This document shows, piece by piece, positions 23,375 to 35,139 of a stretch of DNA of 64,000 nucleotides. The stretch comes from Tubiluchus corallicola (taxonomy: Eukaryota; Animalia; Priapulida): NCBI GenBank assembly GCA_030141605.1, contig JAQGDQ010000080.1, forward strand, positions 62,001 to 126,000. The letters are read 5' to 3'. The position numbers and the translations under genes were made by a program. A model generated the notes under the pieces. The model was not told the DNA's origin. It was given only the letters and a program-made list of their open reading frames with translations, and did not search any database. How positions within the stretch are numbered: position 1 is the first letter of the stretch; the number at the start of each line of letters is the position of its first letter.

Positions 23375-26300
23375 AGAGACATTTGACATCCGAATTGTCA
23401 TATTTACTGCCATATGGTAGACAGGAATCAACACCATTCAAGTTGATGTGAATCCTTCCCACAATGGCAACTGATTATATTGTTGTTTTGTAAAAAGTTA
23501 TATTATATAGGATTTAGTGATATAGTTGTGTATCCATGTGTATAATGTGTGGATAATCAACTAAGCATAAAATTTTGTTAATTCAGTGTGTGGTGTAGTT
23601 TTTGCTTGAGATTAGGAAGCATTTATATTAAAATAATGCACATAGTATAGATGTGCGAAAAGAGAGATGTTGTCAAAAATTCGACTTCTGTTTATCTATA
23701 ATTTTCCAGAATGGGAAAGCATTTATGTGAAACATAACTGCATGTATAAACTGCTGTTCAAACTGCGATTAAGACGGGTTTATATTTTATACTTTTACTA
23801 CAAATTTTTAGTAATGAAATTTTCATAAACGAGTGGCTTGTCACCATTTCCTTTTTCTTCAATGCTGTTTTTCTGTTTTTAGCCTTCCTGCTTTAATCAT
23901 CACTTGTTATTTTGTTTGCAGTGTTCAATTTGTGAAAGATCATACCGGAACAACTTGTCAGTGGCTAAATAAGTACAATGCTTTTTTTGTTTGGCTGATT
24001 TGTAAGAAGTCTAGTTACTATAATTTTGCCTATCACATCCAATGAATGGAGAAATTTACTTCTAAAAAATGTTGGATTTTTCATGGAATAAAATTCTGTT
24101 TGGCTAGTTGTTATGATTAGGCATTTTGGGTTGGTTCAAATGATTTTGGTGAGTTGTTAATACAGTTTTTGTTGTTTGGTGTTTGGACGTTGTTTTGGAT
24201 TTTTCTCATTTGTGGATGACAGACTTCAACAAAAACTTATTCACCCTCTGAGAGGTTTAAATTTTGATATTTTATATCAAGGCTAATAAAAATTAATGTT
24301 TAATCGAGCTGATTTCGTTAATTTAACTTGCAGTTACTTGTGACAAACATTTTAAACCTTAGCTGCATTTACTATTTTTCTTCTAATGAAACATATTTTT
24401 ACTGCAAATTGTTTTCTTACTGTAAGAATCCCACTGTTTTGCGACATCTTGCAAAATTTTTATTCAAATGATATGTGGTATCAACAGTTTTAAGGTGATT
24501 GTAGTTTTGATATGTGAATTATGTGTTTGTTGATTTGTTGTAAGTATTTATTACAAAAACATTGATATTGTTATGGATTTTTTAAAATTTATATAAATTT
24601 TACTTGGCAAGCATTTTTATTAACTTGATTTATACTTACTCGTGGTGGCACTATTGCATCATTTGTTCAGAATTATGGTAACCTCTTTTTTGATGCCTAA
24701 AACTAAACTGAATATCTTTATAGATTTTTTGGACATTTCAAGTGGGAATATGATTATGGTATTCTAAGAAAAGACTGTTGTACTATTATCTTGTCACATA
24801 GATGAACCAAATTATTAAAAATGTTTGTGCTTTTTGTGAATCAATGTTTGTTAGTGGTTTCTTCTGTTAAAGCTTTAATTCTTTTCTTGTGGACTGTTGT
24901 ATTGGTAGTGGCATAATGGAAGCTAGTGAAAGTAGATTAGTATGAGTTGTTTTTGGACAGCCCTATGCTTGCTGTTTCTCTTGTAAAGGACAGTGATGTG
25001 ATCTTATATTTACTGTACTATTGGCTCGGGGAAACCATTAGGACATTTGTTTCTAAGTTATTAAACTTGGTCTGTGCAATTATAGTCAAATCTGAAAATT
25101 CACTTACCCACAGCAGTTAAAATATTGTACATTTGTAAATTTGTTATGAACAATTACTGGTATGATAGTGAATAGGATGTTATAATTTTAATAATCAGTG
25201 GTGCAGTATTGTACTTATTCCACTGAGACAAGCTAATTTTTATTAACAAATAATTTGATTTTCAAATGAATTTTATATTGTTTGGAACAATATCGTGTTA
25301 TGGTTACCCAATGTTGTAAGTCTTTGGTAGTGAAACTACCAGTTGATTAAGAGGTCTGAGATTGATCTGACGTTGGAATTTTGTTGTGTGCAATATACTT
25401 TAACATGTCTAGAAAAAAATTATATTGTTACCAGAAAATGTGAGAATTGATTTGGTTGTTATATAGACCTACTTTCTACTGAGTTTATGTATCTAGACGA
25501 AGCAGAAATCTTAAAATAAATTGTTGTATATTATTATTAGTATTATCAAAGTATATATAAAAGTTTGTTTTCTACCATACCTACAAAAATTAAGGAATTT
25601 GGTTTAACATTTTGTAGGTATTCTGATTCATATGTAAATGTCGCATTCTGTGTAACCACAATGATTTTTCTCCTTCCTTTTGATTTTGTTAATCCGAATG
25701 AGCTTGGTGTTTGGGAATAATTCTATGAAAGTAGGACAGATGGCTTATTATTTCTATAAATTAAGTGCAGATACAAAGATCATTTAAAATCTGATGAAAG
25801 CGTTTTCGAAATTTGTGAATCTTTTGCTCTTCAGGAGGCAGATGTTCTTTATCAAACTCTAAGCATTTTAACATCATGACAGTGTTTAAAATGATGTAGT
25901 TTGGAATTTTTCGGCTCTGAAATTGTACATATTATTTATATTCTTAATTTTCAGATTATTGATTAATAATGGATGAGCCAGCAATTAATGAATTTTTGAA
26001 GCAAAACTTGATACTGGACTGAAAGAAAGAAAACGTGAAGAAGTTTTAACTTAGACTGCCAGCTTATTTTCACATTTTCTTCATTTTGGATATCCTTGGT
26101 GTGAAAAATTCAATGATGTTGTTTCATCCTGTCATTGTACATACATTACTAGTAAAAATTTTAGTCATTTTTTTAATTTCTTGCTTGGTACTGTAATTAT
26201 TTCCCCATGACGTTGAATAGATGGGTGATAGCATAACTGCTCAGACATAAAGGAATAGTTATACTAGTTGTGTAGGCAGCTCTTGTTAAATGTAGATGTG

Positions 26301-26875
26301 GCATTGCTGATTTGTCTATGTAGATATGATAAACTGATTAATGGATAATATAAATTCTTGTAAATTAATATCTTGGTTTGATCGCTGGAGTGGCTGTTTT
26401 GTCAGTCAAGTCAGTCAGTTACTCGCCAGTCTGTTAATGCCACCGCTTTTTGTAATATATGGATACTTCTTTTTTTGTAGTTTGCTTTCTTTTTTGTCTG
26501 ATCAGATGAAAGCATTTATCCAGGTGATTGTTTTTGAATGCTTTGTGGTAATGTAAGCATTTTGTCTGATGTTAAATTTGTTTAATATTTGGTGTAAATA
26601 ATAGATTTGATTCTTTATTATTAGATAGTTTCCTCCATAAATGTTATATATCTGTGGTATAAGATGGAACGACCTGTGTGGATTTGCTCAAGGTGTAGAA
26701 GGCACTTAGCTGGTAGCTCCATCTTTTGTTTGGGAGCAAAAGTAATGCAGCAGGTGTGTTTGTAAAGATGTAATATTTTAGTAAAATACATGTTTATTTG
26801 GACAGGTGTTGCACTTAGAAATTGGGTATAAAATATAAATATATTAGAAAATAAAAATGTTTGTTTGTAGATTTT
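23375..26875 (+). other. Probable long NCOA 3' UTR
   Basis: T/G-skewed non-coding sequence continues from the stop to AATAAA at 26850-26855, followed by GT-rich sequence; skew reverses near 27150. Confidence 0.55.
26850..26855 (+). terminator. Candidate NCOA poly(A) signal AATAAA
   Basis: AATAAA followed by tgtttgtttgt, close to the strand-skew switch; an earlier AATAAA lies near 24087. Confidence 0.45.
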
Positions 26876-27120
26876 GACTGCATATGTAAATTGTAGGAAA
26901 TTGACGGTTCTGCAGTATTCTTTCCATTGCTTATTTCAAGACAAACAATTTTAGGTTCATATGTCACCATAAGGCTCTGCAATAGTAAATGTTTGTTTGT
27001 AGATTTTGACTGCGTATGGGAACTGTAGGAAACTGACGGTTCTGTATTACTCTTTCCATTGCTTATTTTGAGACAAAGAATTTTAGTTTAATGTGTCACC
27101 AACTTAAGGCTCTGCAATTG
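26855..27120. repeat. Two-copy tandem duplication, period about 132 bp
   Basis: aaatgtttgtttgtagattttgactgc...taaggctctgcaat begins at 26855 and again at 26987. Confidence 0.92.
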
Positions 27121-27218
27121 TTAGAATTGCAAGTTCATGCTCTTTTAAATGAGAGTATTGTTTCCATACATCAGAATTCATAAAAACCACAAAAGCAATT
27201 TTTGGCATTGGTCGTCCA

Positions 27219-27224
27219 TTTATT
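27219..27224 (-). terminator. Candidate ephrin poly(A) signal
   Basis: tttatt on + equals AATAAA on -, with a T/G-rich tract downstream on - (aaaaccacaaaagc on +). Confidence 0.5.
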
Positions 27225-28399
27225 ATACAAATCTCACGGTTTAATTATTTACAAAGTATTTACAGTTTTGCTCATGTAACTATAGCAATAAATATATCGT
27301 CTCAGCAATTTTTACAATATTAAGCATACAAAGTCTAACAAACTGAATGTGTCATTACTAAATTGTCTGCTGTTTTATTTCCGTCTTCTCGATAATCGAT
27401 ACACTTATTCATTCTTTCTTGCATATGATTTCCAATTTCAAGTGATTGATTATATGACATAATAAAAACTTACAATAAACTTCATTTGGATCATGCTGCA
27501 GTACTACACGATTTTACAAAATGTAAATATTTACATGCTTTTTCTTTTGTCTGCTAACTTCAAACTGACAACAGGATTTCTATAAAGTAGTGCAACGCCA
27601 TTTAGTAACATTCCTTTGTAGCCAATTTCGTGTAAATTACATGTACCAATTAACCATGTATATTTGTTACATATATGATTTTGAAATAATCTGATAAAAT
27701 CTAATCCATGCAAACAGTTGTCATGACTAGTATAACCAAATCTTTTGTGTAGCAATATACAATTACAGGCCTAATAATAATTATAGTAGTAAGAGTGAAG
27801 TTTCACAATGATTATCATTACTTCAAATATTTTTTGTTAGTTTTTCAAAATGAAAGCAAGATCTGATATGAGATTCTATTTCAATCTCAAAATGTACAGA
27901 AAAACTTGTTAATAGGAATATATATATTTTAAAATGGATAAAATAAATCGTTTTGTACAAAATATAGAACCATGAAACACTATTTACACATAAGAAAAAG
28001 ATATTTAAAATTAATTTACAGTTTGTAATAAATGGCGTGTAAATAGCACAAGGGCGTAAAACAGCACAATAATTTAAAGCCTTTGAGTGAATCAACTAGC
28101 AGCTTTATATACAGCAACTCTTGCTTACATAATTAATAATAGTTATTAATTTACTAGTCAGAATAATAAAAACGTGGCAGCATTTAGTCTTTTAAGCTAA
28201 CATTTTGTGTTATGCTAATTTGCATCTGTGTAAGCTAATATCTGGTTAAAAAATTAATCTGACTAAATTTAATTTCCTTTTTTTACATTCCTAAAGCACT
28301 ATGCCCTAACAGGCAACAAGAACTTCATCTATATTCAGTCATATTTAATCATGTACGAAAGAATGTTTAGAAAATCACAGTAGATGTAGTGTTCAGTGG

Positions 28400-28545
28400 C
28401 TATGATAAATATAGTAATGAATTTAGTAGCAATTTAATTGTTAATAATAAAAATATGAGGAGAGAGTGTTGAGCAGAGGATACAGCAGCCATATTGAAAT
28501 AGGCTCCAGCTTCTGGTGAAACTTCATTACTTGAAATTTCAACTT
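28400..28545 (-). CDS. EFN: Ephrin terminal exon, GPI-signal-like tail
   Basis: EVEISSNEVSPEAGAYFNMAAVSSAQHSLLIFLLLTIKLLLNSLLYLS*; tttttatttcag acceptor; small residues followed by a terminal hydrophobic stretch with no cytoplasmic tail. Confidence 0.8.
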
Positions 28546-31311
28546 CTGAAATAAAAACACAAATATACCAGAAAAAATATGGATTCAGCTAGATAAAAAT
28601 CTAATTTTATATTAATTTTGCAACGAATCTTCTATTTTTTGGACTTAAAGAAAAGACTGATTTTATACACAAGTGCGTACCTTACCAAGCCTTATTCAAA
28701 TTTTATCATTACTTATAAGCATTAAGCATTAATTACTATCATTACTGTTATACTATCAGTTTGTGTTATTAACTGATGGTTTATTCTGCATAATTTAACT
28801 TATTAACAAAGTTGCCTCATTCGGCACGAGAGTCGTAGTGAGTGCGTTGTTGTGTGCAGATACTGTGAAGTATAGTAGAAAATTATTTATAGTCATAGCA
28901 GTCTAGCAGAAGAAAGATGGCGAAAAACGTAGTAAAGTTTATTTTTGCATTTAATGGTTAATAAAGCAGTTAAACCATAATGATTGAGTTATTTTTTAGT
29001 TTGTGATGAAACACAAAAGTTAGCGAAAGGATAATAGATGGCAGCATGAAACAGTTGAGAAATGTTACATTTGTGTATGTTGTATTGGATAATGGAACAA
29101 CAATGATCACCATAATATCACAAATCGTGATAAACGCCATCATAAACCTATTTTGTGCCAGTCCTCATCGACTTGTACAGACTCATATACATGCAAATAA
29201 CTTCACAAAGAACAAAAAATATCAGAAATTTAAATAAAACTAATTTTAGTCAAAATTAAGTAAAATGCAGCCAAAGGCCATTTTTGATTGATGATAAGTT
29301 TGCCAAGACTAACATTTGAAAAACTACAGTAGGCCTACCAAAAATAAATCTTAAATGTTACTTAGTAGCTCAACTGTGAAAATGTGGACAATAAGCAATA
29401 TGGAACAATTTGTGCTATGTATTATAGCTACATAACCACACCTTGTTGTAAAAAACAACTATTCTAAATTTCAGACAATTGAAATTAAAACAACAAAGCA
29501 GTTATGTTTGCATAGAAGATAAAATTATTGATTAAAACAGCTGCTTGTCAGTATTTAACAACTTTTTGTCTCTTGAACTTGTGAGCTTTTGGCCTAACAG
29601 AAATAATAGGCTACTCTCAATTGAATCCACGGATAGGCCAAATATTTTTATTTGTATTTACACCAATGTTCTGCTCTGGGAAATGTCTGTCTACAAGTTG
29701 CTTCTACATCTTTTACATCTACTAAAGGCTCAATTGACGAAGATTTGTCTGCTTAACAAAGTAATGTAGGTGGACAGGATGTAGTTGTGAGGGAATTTCC
29801 ATTCGTAGTTGAAATTGCTATACATAGAAATGAAGGCTTATGTGGAGAAGTCCTCCTCAATGACATATGGGTATTGACAGGAACTCATTGTTTTTGTAAC
29901 GTTGATTAACTAGGAGAACACTTGAAAATATTTTTTGGAAGCAACAATCTATTTGAGTCAACCGTCAAACATTGCCTATAACAGTGCCTATGATATAACT
30001 CAACTGTTAGCTCCGAGCACATCTTTCATCATGGTCTACAGTTCGTAGTAAACTTTGGTGAATCAGGAGGACCATGGATTTCAGTTAGGAAGGTGTTATA
30101 AAACCTTCTGAAACATCTAATTCTACATCTAACAGAGCTCCATTACCTGACACAGTAACGATAATTAATGTTTGTATAATTACTTTGTACTGCTGGGTTG
30201 CCTTTCGATGTGGTAATGTAAATGAAAAAAAAAATAAAAAAATTGTCAACTATAATGCTTAAAATTGTGTCTTACAGTTTTGAAGTGAAAATCTATGAAG
30301 ATTGGCTGATTGATACTTTTTGACGTAACATGAAAAGTGTCTAGCTGGGTTAAAATAAAAACATTGCAAAATGATGTTGGGTTATAAAACCAACTAGATC
30401 TTCACAGACCTATACAGACTATCGTTTCTTTATATACCTAAAAAGAAATCTTACAGATTTTCTTTGTGGGTGGGGTGGGGGTGGGGGGGGGGTGCGTGAC
30501 AAGCACAGCCTAAACTGCATTATCTTATTATCAGCAGAACAAAACAAGTAGAAGAAGCAGTAATTACCATGATGGTACTTATTTTTACTATTTTCTGTTT
30601 TTTGGGGAAGTGGAGCAGTTGTGATATCCTTTATAGGTGCATCTGTTGCTGCTCCAATGTGAACATCTTTGCTGTGCTTTTGATGCCTGATACGGTGCGT
30701 CTGACGTGGTTGATCAGCTTCCATGTCTGACACACTTGCTGTTAAAAAACAATTTTTAGTTACAAAAACTGAAATATTTTTATTGATGCTGTGGCACTAG
30801 TAATCTACATTGCTGTCTCATTTAGATGGTCCAAAGTTCAAACAAGTCCAAATTCTAAAGATATTAAAACATTTAAAAACACATAAGGTAAAAAGCACTA
30901 TTAAAGATGCCTGCTACTAGTACTTACAAGAGGAACTACAGCAAACTTTAAAGATGAGCCTCATGCTATATTCTCTGCAGCTTCCACCACTGAGGTTGTT
31001 TAAACCATCATCAGTACCACTGGATGTCGCTACAACAACAACAAATATACTGCAGTGTATTCAATACAAGCATAATGAACAGAGCAGTTCAGGTGAATGA
31101 TGAAGTTATAGCACTTTTTCAATGAACGACAGCGCACTGTTGGTATAACCAAATCAGGTACATACAGAAAATATTAGTAAATATTTGTAGGAACATTGGG
31201 TGAAGCCCTTGGCTTGACATACAATTAACAGGTATAGAAACAAGAAAAATTAGGTGGAATTTAACTGACCCAAATATATAAGAAAAGGAAAATTAATGAT
31301 GATGGTGATGC

Positions 31312-31347
<36 letters not shown>

Positions 31348-34300
31348 CGGTGATGATGATGATAGTGATGCTGTGGTGGTGATGACAAAGATGGTATCAA
31401 AATAAAGATAACGATGACAATGATGACGTTGTTGATCAGCTTCCATGTCTGACACACTTACTGTTAAAAAACAATAATTTTTAGTTACAAAAACAGTATG
31501 TACTATACATAATTGGAGAATATTAAAATTTAATGTCTCTGACAAAAAACCACAATTTAAATCCCGTCACACAAACAAAAGACCTAACCATGAGTTTAAG
31601 AATTAGCCAGGCCTCCATCAGATTACAGCAAGGTCTTCTAGTCCTTGATAACAGCAGAGGTGAAATGGTTAGAGATGCATTATGTTGTTGATGATGATGA
31701 TGATAAAGAGCAGGACAATGTTGATGATGATGATGACGATGGTGATAATGACAGTGATAAAACAAATAAGAAACGAGGGAAATTAGCAGTACTCACATAT
31801 ATAGTAGTAATCTCGACCCCTTTTAAACTCTAAGCCTTTTGGTATGGGCGTAAACTCTCTAAACGTAACCGTGTAGAATTGTTTCTCAAATGGTTGGTCG
31901 CAGGTCAAGATCTGACGGGTCATCTTTGAACCGAGCATGTTTATTCTACATGCATCATATTCTTCTTTTGTTACCTGCAATACAAAAAAGCACAATATTA
32001 AATCAGTTAGATGAGTGTCCGTTTTAAATACAACAGATCAGTTACATTAACACTTGTGTCACCATTATCTTAGATGAAAACTCAAACAAAAGGAAACACA
32101 ATTTGTGTGCATCTATGCGGTTAATGACAATTTTGTTCTTTTAAGTAGACAGATGTATATTTTGGGTTTTGGTGTTCTCGGGGTTCGTGTTTTATTGCGT
32201 ATATATATTTTTACCAGCGTCAAACTGTAACGTAGATTGTGGGGCATTTATTGATTAATGTAGGCCAGGGAGAAGAGGCGTGAAAATTCGATTTGATAAA
32301 GTAATGGAAACTTATTGAAACAGCTGCAAAAACAGTAATAATTAAATTGATTTTCATTTTGCAAATCGATCGCCTAATGTAATTTCTTTGGCGAGAAGCG
32401 AATGAGAATGGTAATTAATTGACTTGGACTGAAATGACATGAAAGATAAAGAGAAATTTCTCAAAACTTTTGTGCTGTAAACAAGTGCGCTGCTTATGCT
32501 TTTTCGAATTAAAGTCAGGCCGTCAATGATGATGTAGGTCCCCTGAAGAAAAATTGTATAATATTGTGAAAAATGGTGGTGACCCTGAGTGGGGTAAAAT
32601 TTCGCAGTGTCAAGAACATACACTATAATGGTTCTGTAAGTTGTATTTGTTTCAAAATTGATATAACGAGATTGCAAAAAGCTCTATAGTACATACTCTA
32701 TAATACAAAAAATTCAAAACCGCTTTACAGAAATACACACAGGTCAGCAAATAACAGTGAAATGTACACAATTGAAGTTCTTATCATTATTGCTGTGAGA
32801 CGAAAAGTAACTATTGGAGTAAGTAACAGCATGAGTGAATGGTAAACAATTATGTAAGTGAGTAAGCAAGTAGTTTCAAAAACCTAATTAGTTATTTTAC
32901 GAAAAGGAAACCTCCATTCCTGTGACCTTAACGTTTTTGTTGCGATGCTCTTTCTTTGACCTCTGACATTTTCATGAATTTTGTGAACCCACCTCCCCGT
33001 AAGCTTCAATTTGCTATAATTTTTACACAATTGTTTGCGACATTCCCTTTAGATGCCACGTGGGTGAACCCAGAATCCAGATGGCCCAAATTTTTGACCT
33101 TGGTCATTCAGTTTGACATCTATTTTATTTTATTATGCAAACGTTACTGCACAGCAAAAATCTAAGACAAAGGACAAAAGGTTTTGGCAAATAAAGATAA
33201 TTAAAGCATTTGTCAATGGCGCTCAGTGTTTTAATGAAGCATGTCAAACCGCCTCGTCATAAGCGTTATTTGAATATCTTACACAATATGTTTGACATAT
33301 TCCCTGTAGATGCCCCAGCTGGGCCAAAATGTGGCAGTGTCAAACACATCTCACCCTAAGCTTTAATTTGATATATTACACAATATGTTTCAGAGATTCC
33401 CAGAAGATGACCTTTAGGTGACCCCAATTGGGCCAACATTTTGGTAGTGCCAAAAACTCTAGCAGCATTACAATGTTTTCTGTATGTTGCATCTGTTTGG
33501 CCTCAAAATCGTCAAAGAATATGCACTTTATCTGTTTTGGAAGAAATGATCAATTTTACACCCCAGGTACAATCAAATTAAGACCTTGTACACCATAGCA
33601 ACCACTGGACTTTTGAAAGGTCATATAATCTACTGTCCAAAATTGCTATAAAACATTTTGTTTGCCGCATACATCATGTAGATTTTTAGCAAAATGTCCA
33701 AAATCCCACATAACTTGAAAATTCACGATCCTCTGGATTGCAACCTTTCAATCCTAGGTCATTCGTTTTGACACATGACATGCACCTTAAACAAGGTTTC
33801 TGCACACCAAAAATCAATGACCTGAGACAAAAGCATTTGACTAATTATAGAAAAATTAAGTCAAGTGTGGACGACGCTCGACGCTTGACAGACACCGCAT
33901 GACGGCAATAGGTCCCCTTACGGACTAAAGTCAGGGGACCTAAAAATTACAGACTGCATTAAAATATTTAACAAGATTTAAGTTGTTATAGCTTATGCAA
34001 ACCTTAATACAAGTCTTTTGTAAGGATTATCCTACACATGTCATGCAAAAGATCCAAGATGAGTTAGAATTTTTAGGGATGAAAAAAACTGGCAACTTCT
34101 CTGAAAAAAGCACGTTTGCTGCTTATCACATTTGACAAAGGACTGAAAGGAGTACCATGTTCAGTAATATATTACGGAAACCTATATTGATCTGCCTTTC
34201 TAGCAAAACTGGTGTGTGGCTTTCTAGCAAAATACCGAACCGAGCAGGAAATGAAACGCAAAATAATTGTGTGCGATTTATTTTCATAATAACTGCTTAA

Positions 34301-35010
34301 CAACAGTAAGTTGTCAATTACACTTGCTGTTAAACCAGTAAGTACAAAGAAAGCTTGCTTTTGTTTTTATTTTCACAAAAGATTTGTGTTTCAAACGTAA
34401 CAAGCGTTTGCGTATAAAAGATTACCACGAAGCAAAGGTAGCACAACAAAACTTTTTTTGCTAACTACTCGTTTGAATCAGCCGAATCAGTGATAATCAA
34501 TACTATCCATCATCAGTTATAATTGTAATTACTATTAGCTAAATGTTAACGTTACATTACCAAGACCAATATAGTTCATTTAAACAAACTATATTAATAC
34601 TAATCTTCCAACTAACAGTTGTTATATGTACAGTCCAGTCAGCTTAGCTCGTTATCATATGTTTTCATATTAGTACAGAAAAATGGGCTGATTTGTATAC
34701 TAAAAATGTACCACACACAGGTTGGTGGAAAACCCTCAAAAACTGCCAGGAGTGCCAGCCATTACAAAAAACAACAACAACAGAAATGTTGGTATAACTC
34801 AGCCAAAATGTCTATTGATATTATTGTCTATTAATGTAAAGCCGACCCATAGGTGATACATTTGCGTAATGAGCGTCTTGTTTTACCTGATAAATAACAT
34901 GTTTTTCTGCTAACTCTTTTGGAAAATCTGGCGGATATCTTGGACAAAGTAAGTCGACTCGATCTCCTATCTTCACATCCATCACGTGATCAGTGTTACT
35001 TGTGTGAAAT
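28400..35010 (-). CDS. EFN: Ephrin with predicted GPI anchor; 5 coding exons found, signal-peptide exon not located
   Basis: Exons 35010-34887, 31974-31797, 31029-30928, 30738-30568, 28545-28400 join in frame. Ephrin domain motifs GDRVDLLCP, EEYDAC, ILTCDQP, FREFTPIPKGLEFKRGRDYYYISTSSG, GGSC..MRLIFKV with all four conserved Cys. Confidence 0.93.
29643..30242 (+). pseudogene. Degraded intronless trypsin-like (S1A) serine protease copy inside the ephrin intron
   Basis: VGGQDVVVREFPFVVEIAIHRNEGLCGEVLLNDIWVLTGTHCF (29766-29894), stop 29907, LKIFFGSNNL, YNSAYDITQL (Asp 29992), GESGGPW (30057-30077), YFVLLG..CG, then A-tract 30225-30242. Confidence 0.8.
30568..30738 (-). CDS. EFN: Ephrin linker exon
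   Basis: SSVSDMEADQPRQTHRIRHQKH...KNKYHH; taacag / gtaatt; phase 1-1. Confidence 0.78.
30928..31029 (-). CDS. EFN: Ephrin exon, receptor-binding domain part 3
   Basis: STSSGTDDGLNNLSGGSCREYSMRLIFKVCCSSS; ttgtag / gtaagt. Confidence 0.93.
31296..31430. repeat. Degenerate (GAT)n microsatellite
   Basis: gatgatggtgatgctgatgatgat...; a second tract at about 31682-31760. Confidence 0.85.
31423..31495 (-). repeat. Duplicate of the acceptor and 5' end of the ephrin linker exon
   Basis: tgacgt-gttgatcagcttccatgtctgacacactt-ctgttaaaaaacaat..ttttagttacaaaaac occurs at about 30702-30769 and 31423-31494. Confidence 0.92.
31797..31974 (-). CDS. EFN: Ephrin exon, receptor-binding domain part 2 (G-H loop)
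   Basis: VTKEEYDACRIN...FREFTPIPKGLEFKRGRDYYYI; ttgcag / gtgagt. Confidence 0.95.
32900..33946 (+). mobile_element. Non-autonomous Helentron/HINE-like element
   Basis: Internal degenerate repeats (ttacacaat-tgttt..attccc..agatg..c at about 33020, 33280, 33375), ggacgacgc/gacagac tract, terminal hairpin taggtcccct..gactaaagtc..aggggaccta (33909-33942) followed by an A run; left end uncertain. Confidence 0.6.
34887..35010 (-). CDS. EFN: Ephrin exon, receptor-binding domain part 1
   Basis: FHTSNTDHVMDVKIGDRVDLLCPRYPPDFPKELAEKHVIYQ; ttttag / gtaaaa. Confidence 0.92.
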
Positions 35011-35139
35011 CTAAAAATTTCCAAAACTACATTAGTAATTCAGTAATTATTTTTATTGCCTAAACTAAAGACATGTAGGTTACTTAACTTAAGAACGTGT
35101 GCATAATGCTGTGTACATATAGGCCTAGAATGGTGTTCG

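Noticed and set aside
30085-30146. Possible alternative ephrin terminal exon GNGALLDVELDVSEGFITPS* giving a secreted form
   Set aside because: Lies on the antisense strand of the protease relic and has only a modest acceptor; no independent support
30468-30492. G-run tract with quadruplex potential (also near 45912 and 46698)
   Set aside because: Simple low-complexity sequence with no evidence of function
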